Numbered from the stretch's first letter, positions 36,543 to 46,499 are shown. The stretch is DNA of 64,000 nucleotides from a virus (IMGVR_UViG_3300021425_002620), one strand, 5' to 3'. Numbers and translations are program-made. Notes: generated from the sequence alone by a model not told the origin.

Positions 36543-36809
36543 TTAATTACCTACAAATACGTTTTCACTGCCTGTGGCAGCATGGCCACATGTAGCAGTA
36601 TCATCAGCATTGCATACTGCAATACCGCCTACAAAAACATTTTTAGAACCTGCTGTCATAGTAGGAGAATTGTGAGGCGCATCGCCGTGACTTGCGACTG
36701 AATCGCCGTTGACAATGACCTTTTCTCCGTTAGCATATACAGTAGTTTGACTCGGAATTAAATCTCCGCCTGCTGTATCGTTATCTCTGCAGATTCCTGT
36801 TTTTGACAT
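36543..36809 (-). CDS. PAAR-type tail spike tip (T4 gp5.4-like)
   Basis: GDSVASHG...GSKNVFVGG...DTATCGH...GSENVFVG. Confidence 0.85.
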   Translation of the reverse strand: MSKTGICRDNDTAGGDLIPSQTTVYANGEKVIVNGDSVASHGDAPHNSPTMTAGSKNVFVGGIAVCNADDTATCGHAATGSENVFVGN

Positions 36810-37093
36810 TAAGTTACAATACCTGTAGTTTGGGTTGTATATGATTTAGCAACATCATCGGCTGTTTTCATAACACACGATACTGCTGCTTTTTTAATGA
36901 GTACAGGACTATCTGCACTTACAGAAAACATAAACGGTGCAAGTCCAAGTCCATCTGTTGTTTGAACTAGCATCATTGGTTTATGCATTTTGTATCCATT
37001 TTCTTCATCTTCCAGACGACCTACAACTTCTTCGCCTGACAATAGTTTTAGTGAGACTGTGTCTCCAATTTTATAAGGGGTTTCTATAATCAT
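36809..37093 (-). CDS. Sm/SH3-like phage protein
   Basis: GDTVSLKLLSGEEVVGRL, GLGLAPFM. Confidence 0.6.
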   Translation of the reverse strand: MIIETPYKIGDTVSLKLLSGEEVVGRLEDEENGYKMHKPMMLVQTTDGLGLAPFMFSVSADSPVLIKKAAVSCVMKTADDVAKSYTTQTTGIVT

Positions 37094-37356
37094 GTTCCTA
37101 CGCTATATCCTGTACCGTTAAAACCTGTGTCTTCACAATACTTTATTAGTTCGTTATATCCGCCAATGGATTGACCATTGATTAATATTTGCGGTACACT
37201 TCTTGCATTTGGTACAGACTCTAAGAGATCTTCTCTTGTCCATCCATCGCCAATTTTACGAACTTCGTAAGTTAAGTGTAAAGAGTTTAGTTTTGCTTTT
37301 GCTTTATCACAAAACGGACAGTTATCTTTAGACCATACTACAATGTTTGTTGTCAT
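37090..37356 (-). CDS. glutaredoxin
   Basis: CPFC, SVPQI, IGGYNEL; adjacent to nrdB. Confidence 0.95.
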   Translation of the reverse strand: MTTNIVVWSKDNCPFCDKAKAKLNSLHLTYEVRKIGDGWTREDLLESVPNARSVPQILINGQSIGGYNELIKYCEDTGFNGTGYSVGT

Positions 37357-38456
37357 AATGAAAATCCTTTCAGTGAGTCTTTACTGACATCTTGTTTAAT
37401 GCCACCAATTACATAACTTTCTACTTCTGTTTCTTGAGGTGCAACCTGTAGTCCAGAACTAGATAGCCAATGTGTTGTCCACGGTAGCGGGTTAGTATTA
37501 ACTGGAGCATCAAATATAGTATTCATGCCCAGTGCCTTTAGTCTACGATTAGCAATATACTCTACATATTGATGTAGTAGTGTATCATTTAGTCCAATCA
37601 TTGAACCATCTTTAAATAGATAATTGGCCCAATCTTTTTCTTCAGCTACACATTCACGCCATAAGTCGTATACTTCTTCTTCACATTCTTTTGCAATCTT
37701 AACCATTTCAGGATCATCTTTACCTTGCGCCCAAAGTTTTAAAATATGAGTGCTTAGTGCAAGATGTTGTGCTTCGTCTCTAGCAATAAGGCTAATGATC
37801 TTAGCACTACCTTCCATTAGTTTTAATTCGCCAAATGCAAATGTACAAGCAAAAGAAACATAAAAACGTAAACCTTCAAGAATATTTACCGTATGCATTG
37901 CTAGGTAGAGCTTCTTTTTGACTTCACGTAAGTCGCCTTCGCCACGATGAAAATAAGCATCTGCTGCTTCGTTGAATGCATCGTAATGTTTTGTTACTGA
38001 CTCTGCACGAGCAATAATCTTCTCGTCGTCGAGTATTGTATCAAATACTTCACTTGGGTCTGCATATACATTTTTCATAATATGTGTATATGAACGACTA
38101 TGAATTGTTTCAAAGAAGTCCCAAGTTACAATACAACCTTCGATTTCAGGTAATGATACATGTGGTAAAAAACTTAGGCATGGCCCACGTCCTTGAACAC
38201 TATCTAATAGTGTTTGGTATTTTAAGTTTGATGTAAAAATATGCTTTTGCTCTGGACGGAAATTAGCATAGTCTGCACGATCTTTCTGCAAACTTACTTC
38301 TTCTGGTCGCCAAAAGTAACCGAGCATAGTTTGGTTCAATTTGTCAAACACAGGAAATTTGAATGTGTCATATCTCTGTGTGTTTTGTTCTGCGCCGAAA
38401 AACATCGGCTGTTTGGTAAAATCTACCTTTTCTTTGTTGAATACTGTCTTTGACAT
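37353..38456 (-). CDS. nrdB: ribonucleotide reductase class Ia beta subunit
   Basis: FWRPEEV, DSVQGR, ETIHSRSY, LEGLRFYVSF, RDEAQH, VAPQETE. Confidence 0.98.
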   Translation of the reverse strand: MSKTVFNKEKVDFTKQPMFFGAEQNTQRYDTFKFPVFDKLNQTMLGYFWRPEEVSLQKDRADYANFRPEQKHIFTSNLKYQTLLDSVQGRGPCLSFLPHVSLPEIEGCIVTWDFFETIHSRSYTHIMKNVYADPSEVFDTILDDEKIIARAESVTKHYDAFNEAADAYFHRGEGDLREVKKKLYLAMHTVNILEGLRFYVSFACTFAFGELKLMEGSAKIISLIARDEAQHLALSTHILKLWAQGKDDPEMVKIAKECEEEVYDLWRECVAEEKDWANYLFKDGSMIGLNDTLLHQYVEYIANRRLKALGMNTIFDAPVNTNPLPWTTHWLSSSGLQVAPQETEVESYVIGGIKQDVSKDSLKGFSL

Positions 38457-38479
38457 TTTTTAATCCTTTTCTATGTTCA

Positions 38480-38508
38480 ATAATAATATAATTATATTGA
38501 CTTGTCAA
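38480..38508 (-). promoter_or_regulatory. sigma70-like promoter of nrdB
   Basis: TTGACA-N17-TATTAT. Confidence 0.65.
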
Positions 38509-38511
38509 CCA

Positions 38512-40812
38512 TTAAATTGCACAAGCCTCGCACTCTTCGCCTTCTTCAACTTCACTTGGTGCAAGCTCTGGCTGTGGCTGTTCATCTTCTAACTCGCTTG
38601 GATCTTCTTTATAATCATATGTATTCTGATAATAAGAAGTCTTCCAACCATATTTGTAAGTATTCAACAAATCTTGAATCATCACACTCATAGGAACTTC
38701 ATTGTTTTCAAAATGCGTTGGATTATAACTCCAGTTTCCGCTGATCGCTTGATCAAAGAACTTTTGCATAACTGCAACAACATTAATGTATCCCTCGTTA
38801 CTTGGCATCTCCCAAAGTAATGTGTAGTGATTCTTTAACGTTTGATACTGTGGAACAATCTGCTTAAGAGGTCCTTTCTTTGACTTCTTAACGGACAAGT
38901 ATCCTCTAGGTGGCTCAATGCCGTTTGTTGCATTCGACACAACGGAACTGCTTTCTGATGGCATCTGTGCGGACAAAGTTGAGTGCCGTAGTCCATATTC
39001 TTTAATGTCATTTCGAAGACTATCCCAATCATAATTTAATTTATGTGGTACTAAATTATCCACGTCCTTTTTGTAAGTATCAATCGGTAGAATACCGTCA
39101 CTGTATTTAGTGCGGCTAAAATAATCACATGCACCTCTTTCCTGCGCTAATTTGTTACTGGCTTTTAGCAAGTAGTACTGAAATGCTTCAGTTAAATCGT
39201 GTACAATCTTCCAAGCTTCTGGCTCACTATACTGAACCTTCTGCTTAGCCAGATAGTGGGCTAGGCCAATATACCCTACACCTAACGAGCGCCTTGCTTT
39301 AGTGCTTATCTCTGCTGCCTTAATTGGATAACGTTGATAGTCAATAATTTCTTCTAAGGCACGAACAGCAAGATCGCATAGTTCTTCTAAATCGTTTAAG
39401 TCTTTAATCACACCAACATTAATTGCACTTAAAATACATAAAGCAATCTCGCCTTCTTCGTCATCAATATGCTGTAAAGGTTTTGTAGGCAATGTGATTT
39501 CTTGGCAAAGATTGCTCATGTAAACTGTGTCTTTGAATGAACTGTGAGTGTTGCAATGATCAACGTTCATAATGTAAATACGTCCTGTTTCTGCACGTTC
39601 TTTGATTAGTGCAGAGAACAATTCCATAGCATCAATTTTCTTTTTCTTAATGCTTGTTTTACGCTCATACATTTCGTACATTTCTTTAAATGCATCTGGA
39701 TCTCCAAAGTATGCTTCGTATAGTCCAGGGACATCATGTGGCGAGAAAAGAGTTATTTCTTGACCAGATAATAATCTTTCATACATTGTTTTGTTGAGCT
39801 GTATGCTATAGTCTAATTTACGTACTCGATTGTCTTCTGTACCTTTGTTATTTTTAAGTACAAGAATATCTTCAATCTCTTGATGCCAAAACGGAAAGTG
39901 TGTTGTAGCACTTCCGCCACGTACACCATTTTGTGTACAACATCTTACAGTAGATTCAAACTTCTTTAAGAAAGGAATGATACCAGTATGCGCCACTTCG
40001 CCACCGCGTATCTTCGAATTGACGCCACGTATTCTGCCAGCATTAATCCCAATACCTGCACGTTGTGCAGTATAGCGGCCAATAGCCATATCGCTACTGA
40101 AGATGCTATCAAGAGTATCATCACTGTCAACCAAAACACAACTAGCAAACTGACGTACAGGAGTTCTAACCCCTGCCATGACTGGGGTTGGAATGTTGAC
40201 TTTAAAAAGTGAGGTCGCATCGTAGTATCTCCTTACGTAGTGCATACGTGTTTCTTTAGGATAGTTAGCAAATAGTGTTGCCGCAATCATCATATACATA
40301 TACTGCGGTGTTTCAAAAATCTCGCCTGAGCTTCTATCTTGTACTAGATACTTATCAACTACTTGACGCATACCTGCATAGGTAAAGTTTTCATCACGCT
40401 TGTGGTGAATGTAACTATCAAGTCTTTCAATTTCTTCGTCTGAATACAAATCAAGAATAGCAGGATCATATACTTTACGATCAATATTTGCTTTAATAAT
40501 GTCAATAAACGGTACAGCGTCATATTCGCCAAATACTTCCTTGTACAAGTTATATGTTAATAGGCGAGCAGCAGCAAATTGATAGTTTGGATTTTCTAAA
40601 CTAATTAAATCGTTAGCACTTCTTACTAATATTTCTTGAATTTCTTTTGTACTCATACCATCGTAAAACTGTAAATTAGCATTCATTTCGATTTGACTAC
40701 TACTAACTCCTGCTAAACCTTCACAAGCAAATTCTACTACCTTGTGTATTTTGTTAATGTTAATTGATTCTGTAGCGCCATTTCGCTTTACGATGTGAAT
40801 ACCGTTTGACAT
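38512..40812 (-). CDS. nrdA: ribonucleotide reductase class Ia alpha subunit
   Basis: ATP cone, ASCVL, SNLCQEITLP, ALCIL, C-terminal CEAC. Confidence 0.98.
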   Translation of the reverse strand: MSNGIHIVKRNGATESININKIHKVVEFACEGLAGVSSSQIEMNANLQFYDGMSTKEIQEILVRSANDLISLENPNYQFAAARLLTYNLYKEVFGEYDAVPFIDIIKANIDRKVYDPAILDLYSDEEIERLDSYIHHKRDENFTYAGMRQVVDKYLVQDRSSGEIFETPQYMYMMIAATLFANYPKETRMHYVRRYYDATSLFKVNIPTPVMAGVRTPVRQFASCVLVDSDDTLDSIFSSDMAIGRYTAQRAGIGINAGRIRGVNSKIRGGEVAHTGIIPFLKKFESTVRCCTQNGVRGGSATTHFPFWHQEIEDILVLKNNKGTEDNRVRKLDYSIQLNKTMYERLLSGQEITLFSPHDVPGLYEAYFGDPDAFKEMYEMYERKTSIKKKKIDAMELFSALIKERAETGRIYIMNVDHCNTHSSFKDTVYMSNLCQEITLPTKPLQHIDDEEGEIALCILSAINVGVIKDLNDLEELCDLAVRALEEIIDYQRYPIKAAEISTKARRSLGVGYIGLAHYLAKQKVQYSEPEAWKIVHDLTEAFQYYLLKASNKLAQERGACDYFSRTKYSDGILPIDTYKKDVDNLVPHKLNYDWDSLRNDIKEYGLRHSTLSAQMPSESSSVVSNATNGIEPPRGYLSVKKSKKGPLKQIVPQYQTLKNHYTLLWEMPSNEGYINVVAVMQKFFDQAISGNWSYNPTHFENNEVPMSVMIQDLLNTYKYGWKTSYYQNTYDYKEDPSELEDEQPQPELAPSEVEEGEECEACAI

Positions 40813-40847
40813 TCTTTGTTCTCCTAATTGTTCCGTTTATCTGATAT

Positions 40848-41276
40848 TTAGTTTAATGCTGGCATGCTATATTGCATTTGAGGCTGTAAATCTTTTGGGA
40901 AAGTTTGCCTAGTTATTCTTAATTGATTTTCGTAACCAATTACTACTTCGCCAACATTAAGAAGGTAGTAATGGTTGCTCTTCGCTCTATCTATAAAGAT
41001 ATGTATCTCAAATTTCTCTTGGGAAAAACGTTCAGTTAACTGCAAAGAGTATGCAATTCCTAACAATTTTCCAAAGAGACAATAAGAGTTTTCCTTGATT
41101 AATTCCCAAGGATTGGGCCATGCAGATGGAGTGTAAGGATCAACAGACATATGTTCTGTTGGAACAGTTTCATATGTATCTATTGCTTCTTGGAACGGAT
41201 CTTCTGCAGACTCTAAAACTTGTCTAAAGTCGTGCCAGATGCGTAGTCTTTCTTCATAAGTCTTATTAAAAAACAT
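40848..41276 (-). CDS. hypothetical phage protein
   Basis: 142-aa ORF. Confidence 0.7.
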   Translation of the reverse strand: MFFNKTYEERLRIWHDFRQVLESAEDPFQEAIDTYETVPTEHMSVDPYTPSAWPNPWELIKENSYCLFGKLLGIAYSLQLTERFSQEKFEIHIFIDRAKSNHYYLLNVGEVVIGYENQLRITRQTFPKDLQPQMQYSMPALN

Positions 41277-41279
41277 AAT

Positions 41280-42881
41280 TTATGACTTTGAAGAAATTCT
41301 AAATGTTAGTGTTCCTTGATCTGATATGTTCTTACATTGTACTTGAGCAGTATATACTCCTTCTAGTTGTACTAGAAGTGCTTGAAACGATAGTGTCTCT
41401 TCGTATGTATCGTTGCCAGCAAAGTCATATTCATCTGAAAGTGTCACGCTGTTGTTCTCTCTATTAATTATCACCGATAACTTTCCAGAACGTGTAAAGA
41501 CATTTTGTGTTGACTGATAATGATATTCAATATCGTAGAATTTAGTTTCTTCAGCAGGTAGTCTAAATAGACCGTTAAAGTTAATATCTGCTGCAACATC
41601 TACTGTCTCTGTATAACCATAGTCAACGAATCCAGGTCCTTCTACATCTGGTATGTAAGGGTCACTTACAAAAAAGTTATTATCTATGCTTAAATTATAT
41701 GTTCTATCAAAGTGATCGTCAAGAGAAATATTGCCTTTTTCACCAAATTTTATTATTGGCCATGCTGCACCTGATGCGTCTCCGCCATTGTTACCAACAC
41801 TTACGCCAAACTTATTTTGGCTTGTCATGTTACGTGTGCCTTCTGATATAAAGATTGCATACTCGTCAATGTCTTCAAAATAACAACCTTTAATTGTATT
41901 GTCATATGGTGCTTTTTGTCCTGCTTGACGACTCACACCAAATTGTATTGCGCTTACTGCTCTATCAAATGTACAAAACTCTATATCATTATGATGTATT
42001 GAGTGATCTGACTTCATGCAAATTCCCAAGCCTACAAACTCACAATCGGTAATTCTATTAAATTGAGATTGTACTGCATCGCTCTTGCTTCTAATAAGTA
42101 AACCAATATCACTTGCTGATCCTGTTAGTCTTGCACCGATAAACTTAACGTCATTTACTCTACAGTCTCTTGCGCTGTTCATTTGAAGTAGTACAGTGTT
42201 AGCAACTGTTGCTGTAGTTCTTAGAGTAAATCCTGATAAGTTAATGCCTCTTGACGATTCAGCGAAAGATAGTATTGGATCTTCAACCGGGTTAGTTGCA
42301 GCTACACTACCATTATAACCTGTGTCACTAGATATTGTGCTGAACATTATAAAGCCGCCGTCGCTTTCAAAAACTGTTTTGTCTCTACCTGCGCCTTGTA
42401 GTGTAACGTATGGAGGAATATATACTGTGCTAGTTAGTTTATAAACACCTGGTTCAACATGTAAAACTACTCGGCTCTGTGGATTAGTATAATTTGTGGC
42501 ATTAAGATATAATTCATAAAGAGCTTTTTGTAGTTGGTTAGTTACATCTGCACTATCACCTGTGCAACCAAATGCTCTAACACTTACTCTGTCATTAAGA
42601 CGTGCAGATAATGTTCTTTTTACTCTTGATAGTTCACCAGTTTCAATTTCATTTTCTCTATACTCGTAAGTTTCTGCAATGTCAAAAAAGTTATCATGTT
42701 CAGTAATAATTTTAGTATTACCTACTGCTGGTGCACCTTCAACTACTGCACCATTACCAATATAAAGTGATTGTGAATCAATAGCCCAACCTAGCTCTCC
42801 ACTTGCAAGTTGTGGTAAGCCTGAGCCGCTATCTTCTCGTCCTCTTCGGACTTGAATTCTTGAAATTTGAATTACTGCCAC
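41280..42881 (-). CDS. virion tail/tailspike-like protein with beta-helix
   Basis: Mtd-N-like IQVRRG...LASGELGW...LYIGNG; pectate-lyase-3-like VSVRAFGCTGD. Confidence 0.7.
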   Translation of the reverse strand: MAVIQISRIQVRRGREDSGSGLPQLASGELGWAIDSQSLYIGNGAVVEGAPAVGNTKIITEHDNFFDIAETYEYRENEIETGELSRVKRTLSARLNDRVSVRAFGCTGDSADVTNQLQKALYELYLNATNYTNPQSRVVLHVEPGVYKLTSTVYIPPYVTLQGAGRDKTVFESDGGFIMFSTISSDTGYNGSVAATNPVEDPILSFAESSRGINLSGFTLRTTATVANTVLLQMNSARDCRVNDVKFIGARLTGSASDIGLLIRSKSDAVQSQFNRITDCEFVGLGICMKSDHSIHHNDIEFCTFDRAVSAIQFGVSRQAGQKAPYDNTIKGCYFEDIDEYAIFISEGTRNMTSQNKFGVSVGNNGGDASGAAWPIIKFGEKGNISLDDHFDRTYNLSIDNNFFVSDPYIPDVEGPGFVDYGYTETVDVAADINFNGLFRLPAEETKFYDIEYHYQSTQNVFTRSGKLSVIINRENNSVTLSDEYDFAGNDTYEETLSFQALLVQLEGVYTAQVQCKNISDQGTLTFRISSKS

Positions 42882-42942
42882 GTTATTCTCCTACGCATTT
42901 ATAATGTATTTATGCGAAGAAAGGGGACAGTGCCCCCTATTA

Positions 42943-43272
42943 TTACGTGTCTTTTAAAATTGACTTTCTTTGCTCGATGAGTTCTTGTATCTGTTTGTTG
43001 ATTTCTGATACTTGGGTTTGAACTTTATCTCGTTCAACGGCTGTTTCAGTGAGTTTTCCTTCAATACAAAGTTCTCTTTCAGCAAGTTGCATTGTTTCTT
43101 CAAACTCGCTTGCAAAAATGCCAGGATAAGCAAAACCTGTTTCAGTACACTCTAATTCAGCCAAATACCAATCATCAGATGTACTATACTCAGGAACAGG
43201 TGGCTCGTAATTTCTTGCATCCCATAGACCGTCTAATACTACGGAAAATACAAGTGCTGTTAATGGTTCCAT
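42943..43272 (-). CDS. hypothetical protein
   Basis: AGGAG SD; track ORF. Confidence 0.6.
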   Translation of the reverse strand: MEPLTALVFSVVLDGLWDARNYEPPVPEYSTSDDWYLAELECTETGFAYPGIFASEFEETMQLAERELCIEGKLTETAVERDKVQTQVSEINKQIQELIEQRKSILKDT

Positions 43273-43331
43273 AATTATCTCCTTATTAGGTCAGTACATG
43301 ATACCACCGTAAGTCTACTGACAAAGGATAT

Positions 43332-44012
43332 TTATGCATGTTTTTCATAGTAGGTGTAAACGCGATTCCACCATTCTTGTTCCCATTCGGCAAACTCGTC
43401 TGGCCAAATATCAAACTGTTGATAAGTTAAGTCTCTAGAACACATAAACACATGTCCTTCACGTATATTAGTACCGTGTACTTCGTTGTGTGCGATTGCG
43501 TAGGCAGTAAGTTGTAGGAAGTAATCATAAACCCATTCTTCTTTCTTAGGTTTATTTGACTGCTTGAAGTCCATAATACAAGGATTGCCTTTGTATTGTC
43601 CTACTAGGTCTGTTGTACCTGCATAGATGCCTGGAACATATAATGGAACTTCTGAACCCCATATTTCGTCTACATCACACATGGCTTTTTCTTTAATTTG
43701 TGTTGCCATCTTATGTGCTTGTTGTGCGTAAGGATTGCTGCCGGGTTGAGGCCATTCACCAAACTCAATATAGTCCTCAAGATACTTGTGCATCCTTGTT
43801 CCTACACCTGCTGCTTCAGTAACAATTTCCTGTGCTTTCTGTTCTCCCACTCTTTTACGCCATGCAATAAGATGTGTTTTATCTTTTGTTGCATCAAGGA
43901 TTGTAGTAACACTTGCTACTGGGGGGCTTCCTGGTGCTGCATACCTACGTTTGCCATTTACTTCAACTCTCTTCAATCGCTCATAGGTGTATCTTTCAGT
44001 AATTAAACTCAT
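43332..44012 (-). CDS. PD-(D/E)XK exonuclease
   Basis: SVTTIL, GTRMH, SE..LY, AGTTDL, MDFK, QLTAY. Confidence 0.88.
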   Translation of the reverse strand: MSLITERYTYERLKRVEVNGKRRYAAPGSPPVASVTTILDATKDKTHLIAWRKRVGEQKAQEIVTEAAGVGTRMHKYLEDYIEFGEWPQPGSNPYAQQAHKMATQIKEKAMCDVDEIWGSEVPLYVPGIYAGTTDLVGQYKGNPCIMDFKQSNKPKKEEWVYDYFLQLTAYAIAHNEVHGTNIREGHVFMCSRDLTYQQFDIWPDEFAEWEQEWWNRVYTYYEKHA

Positions 44013-44024
44013 AAGTTCTCCAAT

Positions 44025-44062
44025 GTTAACAACATGTTAACATCAAAAGTGTTGTTTGTCAA
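44025..44062 (-). promoter_or_regulatory. sigma70-like promoter overlapped by TTAA-N7-TTAAC
   Basis: TTGACA-N17-TAACAT; box at 44026-44041 reads on both strands. Confidence 0.55.
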
Positions 44063-44068
44063 GTTAAA

Positions 44069-44380
44069 TTAAAGGTCTGATAAGTCAGTTGCTCGTTTAG
44101 CCATATCGGTTACAGTTGTATCCGGAGCATCTGTTGCAGGTGATGCTATTTGATCCATTGCATCATCATTAATTGTGATGCCGTCTGGATCAAACTTTAC
44201 TAACTTTTGTAGTTGTGCAGTTGAATCGTATATTGTTTTGAATGATTCATAATTGAACTGAGGTATACCGGCTTTTTCCATATACTCGTTCATTGTGTCC
44301 CAAGATACTTGAGAACCAGGTTTGATTGTTTTTAGGATTTGTAAGACAATGCCAGCATTGTCTAATGTTTCATTTAAGCC
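44069..44380 (-). CDS. -1 frame extension of the 44374..45111 gene (103 aa)
   Basis: Frame open from the A8 run to 44069 with no ATG/GTG/TTG for the first 29 codons. Confidence 0.6.
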   Translation of the reverse strand, partial: GLNETLDNAGIVLQILKTIKPGSQVSWDTMNEYMEKAGIPQFNYESFKTIYDSTAQLQKLVKFDPDGITINDDAMDQIASPATDAPDTTVTDMAKRATDLSDL

Positions 44381-45111
44381 TTTTTTTTAGAACGCTCTAC
44401 AGACTCACGTTTTTCACGGCCTGCTTCTTCTTCACCGCCAGCTGCTGCTGCATCTGTTGCGAACTCATCGTCCATTGGCTCTTCTGCAGGTGCTTCCATG
44501 TCCATTTCGCCGTCAACTGTTGGCTCCATTGCTGGATCTTCTGCGCCCATTGCGTCCATTGGCTCAGCTTCGCCTGTAAGCATACCAACACCTTGTGTTA
44601 GTGTTTCGCGTGTTGTTTCCATTGTTGCATACATTGCTTCTAGTGCAGGCTTAACTGTATTAACAAATGATTCAGATTGCTCTGAACCCATTTCATCGCG
44701 AATAGCATCTGCTAGTTCTAACATTGATTCTGTTTGCATTTCAGCAGTGTCTTCCATCCAACCAGTTACACGGTCGACCATATCTTTTGCTGCCATTACT
44801 AATTCTGCTTTATCTTCTTCGCCTTCTACAATAACACTTTCTTCAATTGCTACATCAACATGATCACGCTCAGAAAGCTCAGCATTTAAAACGTCAAGGA
44901 AGAGTTTTGATTTTTGATACTGTGCTGTGCTTGTTGAGTTGAAACTTTCAGTTGTTTCAACTTGGCTTAATTTAGTACGTAAGTTATTACGTGCTGTTTG
45001 TAGTTGATCGATAGTAAACGCTTCTAGGTTAATGCGTTGTCCGAACTTCTTAGCAAGGCTTTCGTTTAAGCTCTTCGCTGTTACTGGTTTTGAAATCTCT
45101 CTTATATTCAT
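44374..45111 (-). CDS. acidic coiled-coil protein, possibly head core/scaffold
   Basis: M/E/A-rich; ends SKKKA* across A AAA AAG. Confidence 0.7.
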   Translation of the reverse strand: MNIREISKPVTAKSLNESLAKKFGQRINLEAFTIDQLQTARNNLRTKLSQVETTESFNSTSTAQYQKSKLFLDVLNAELSERDHVDVAIEESVIVEGEEDKAELVMAAKDMVDRVTGWMEDTAEMQTESMLELADAIRDEMGSEQSESFVNTVKPALEAMYATMETTRETLTQGVGMLTGEAEPMDAMGAEDPAMEPTVDGEMDMEAPAEEPMDDEFATDAAAAGGEEEAGREKRESVERSKKKA

Positions 45112-45156
45112 TTGTTACTCTTCCTAATTAGTAAATGTTTGTTATAGTTATTTATC

Positions 45157-45597
45157 TCAAGATAAAATTATTTGATCCAATTCTTCTTTTGCATCTTTTG
45201 TTGCATCAATGCTTATCTCAAAGCGGTTCTGTGCAGAAAGATACTTTATATTATCTTTTGTGACATCCATCGTGTGTTTATAAAATACACAATCATTGTA
45301 GTGTTTTGCTATAAAATGATCTAGTTCTATTATTCTATCTTGTTTAGTTCCTTCATCTGCTATGTTTTTAGCAAATGCCAATGCACTAGTTTTACAAAAC
45401 ATTTTAGCAAGTTGTACGTTTTCCTTTGAATCGTAGACTAACCAAGCATTGATCTTTTTGCTATGACGCACTATAAGATGTTTTATTCTAATAGAGTTTC
45501 CTCTTACATGAGGAATTGAATAGTTCTCTATTTTAGAATTAACTATATCTTCTAGTACAGTTACTACGTTTTTATTCATGGGGACTCCAACAAACAT
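45157..45597 (-). CDS. hypothetical protein
   Basis: Track ORF. Confidence 0.7.
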   Translation of the reverse strand: MFVGVPMNKNVVTVLEDIVNSKIENYSIPHVRGNSIRIKHLIVRHSKKINAWLVYDSKENVQLAKMFCKTSALAFAKNIADEGTKQDRIIELDHFIAKHYNDCVFYKHTMDVTKDNIKYLSAQNRFEISIDATKDAKEELDQIILS

Positions 45598-45640
45598 AAT
45601 TATACTTAAACTATTTTTTATTAAGCTAGTGCAAATTAGA

Positions 45641-45880
45641 CTATTCGTCTACTTCTACACTATCACCTGGTTTAATTAATTTTGCTGGATCTTTTTTGTT
45701 GGGGTCTGGTTTCTTATTAAGTTGGACTTTACCCTGAGCATCTTTTGTTAATGCAGCAGGATTCTTTTTAAGGTCAACAACTGTTTTAGTTCCGTCACCG
45801 TGATCGATTTCAGCACTCTGACCAGGTTTCACCTGGCTAATTTTAGCAGGTTGCGCTTCTAAAATTTCTTTCATCTTCAT
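45641..45880 (-). CDS. small late protein
   Basis: MKMKEILE N-terminus; ATGA coupling. Confidence 0.7.
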   Translation of the reverse strand: MKMKEILEAQPAKISQVKPGQSAEIDHGDGTKTVVDLKKNPAALTKDAQGKVQLNKKPDPNKKDPAKLIKPGDSVEVDE

Positions 45881-46185
45881 ATTCTTTTTCCTTTAGACTT
45901 TTTCTTTTGTGTTCTATAACCAATATTAATATTGCTTAATCTCTTTGAATACGGATTTGCTCTCTTTGTCCTGCTGCTTTTTACTTTAATCGTAGGCGCT
46001 TTTGACCTTTTTGTTTTTGTTAATGTTCTTGACGCTTTTACATTACGTGGTGCATGACATGTTGCTGCCTTTGCAACAATACGGCCTTTGCGTTTACCAC
46101 TAGTGCAACGATACTTACGAACAGTTTTGTTTCCTGAACGCCCAAAGATAGTAGTTACACCTTCTGTTATTTGTCGCAGTAACAT
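45877..46185 (-). CDS. highly basic small protein (paralog A)
   Basis: VRKYRCTSGKRKGRIVA..ATC. Confidence 0.8.
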   Translation of the reverse strand: MLLRQITEGVTTIFGRSGNKTVRKYRCTSGKRKGRIVAKAATCHAPRNVKASRTLTKTKRSKAPTIKVKSSRTKRANPYSKRLSNINIGYRTQKKKSKGKRI

Positions 46186-46481
46186 TAAATTCTTCTACTT
46201 CTACCTGCTCGGTTTAATGCTGCTACTCTACGTGACGCTGCGTTTGTCCTTTTTGTTTTTCTAGCCTTACGTGTCATTTTAGCACCGAGTCTTGCTTTTG
46301 TCAATTTTAATTTGTTTCTCTTTTTTATGTCAGGTTTAGCAAAGCATTGTGATATGTTAGCAACAATGCGGCCGTGACGTTTTCCGCCTGAGCATCTAAA
46401 CTTACGGACAACTTTCTTGCCCTGTTTTGCCCAAGCCATTTTTGCTTCACCAAGAGGTTGTGTTAGTTCTCGTAATAACAT
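46185..46481 (-). CDS. highly basic small protein (paralog B)
   Basis: VRKFRCSGGKRHGRIVA..SQC. Confidence 0.8.
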   Translation of the reverse strand: MLLRELTQPLGEAKMAWAKQGKKVVRKFRCSGGKRHGRIVANISQCFAKPDIKKRNKLKLTKARLGAKMTRKARKTKRTNAASRRVAALNRAGRSRRI

Positions 46482-46499
46482 ATAGTTATTTAGCGAGAA

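Noticed and set aside
37353-40812. Possible introns or inteins in nrdA/nrdB
   Set aside because: Both ORFs are uninterrupted and of normal length.
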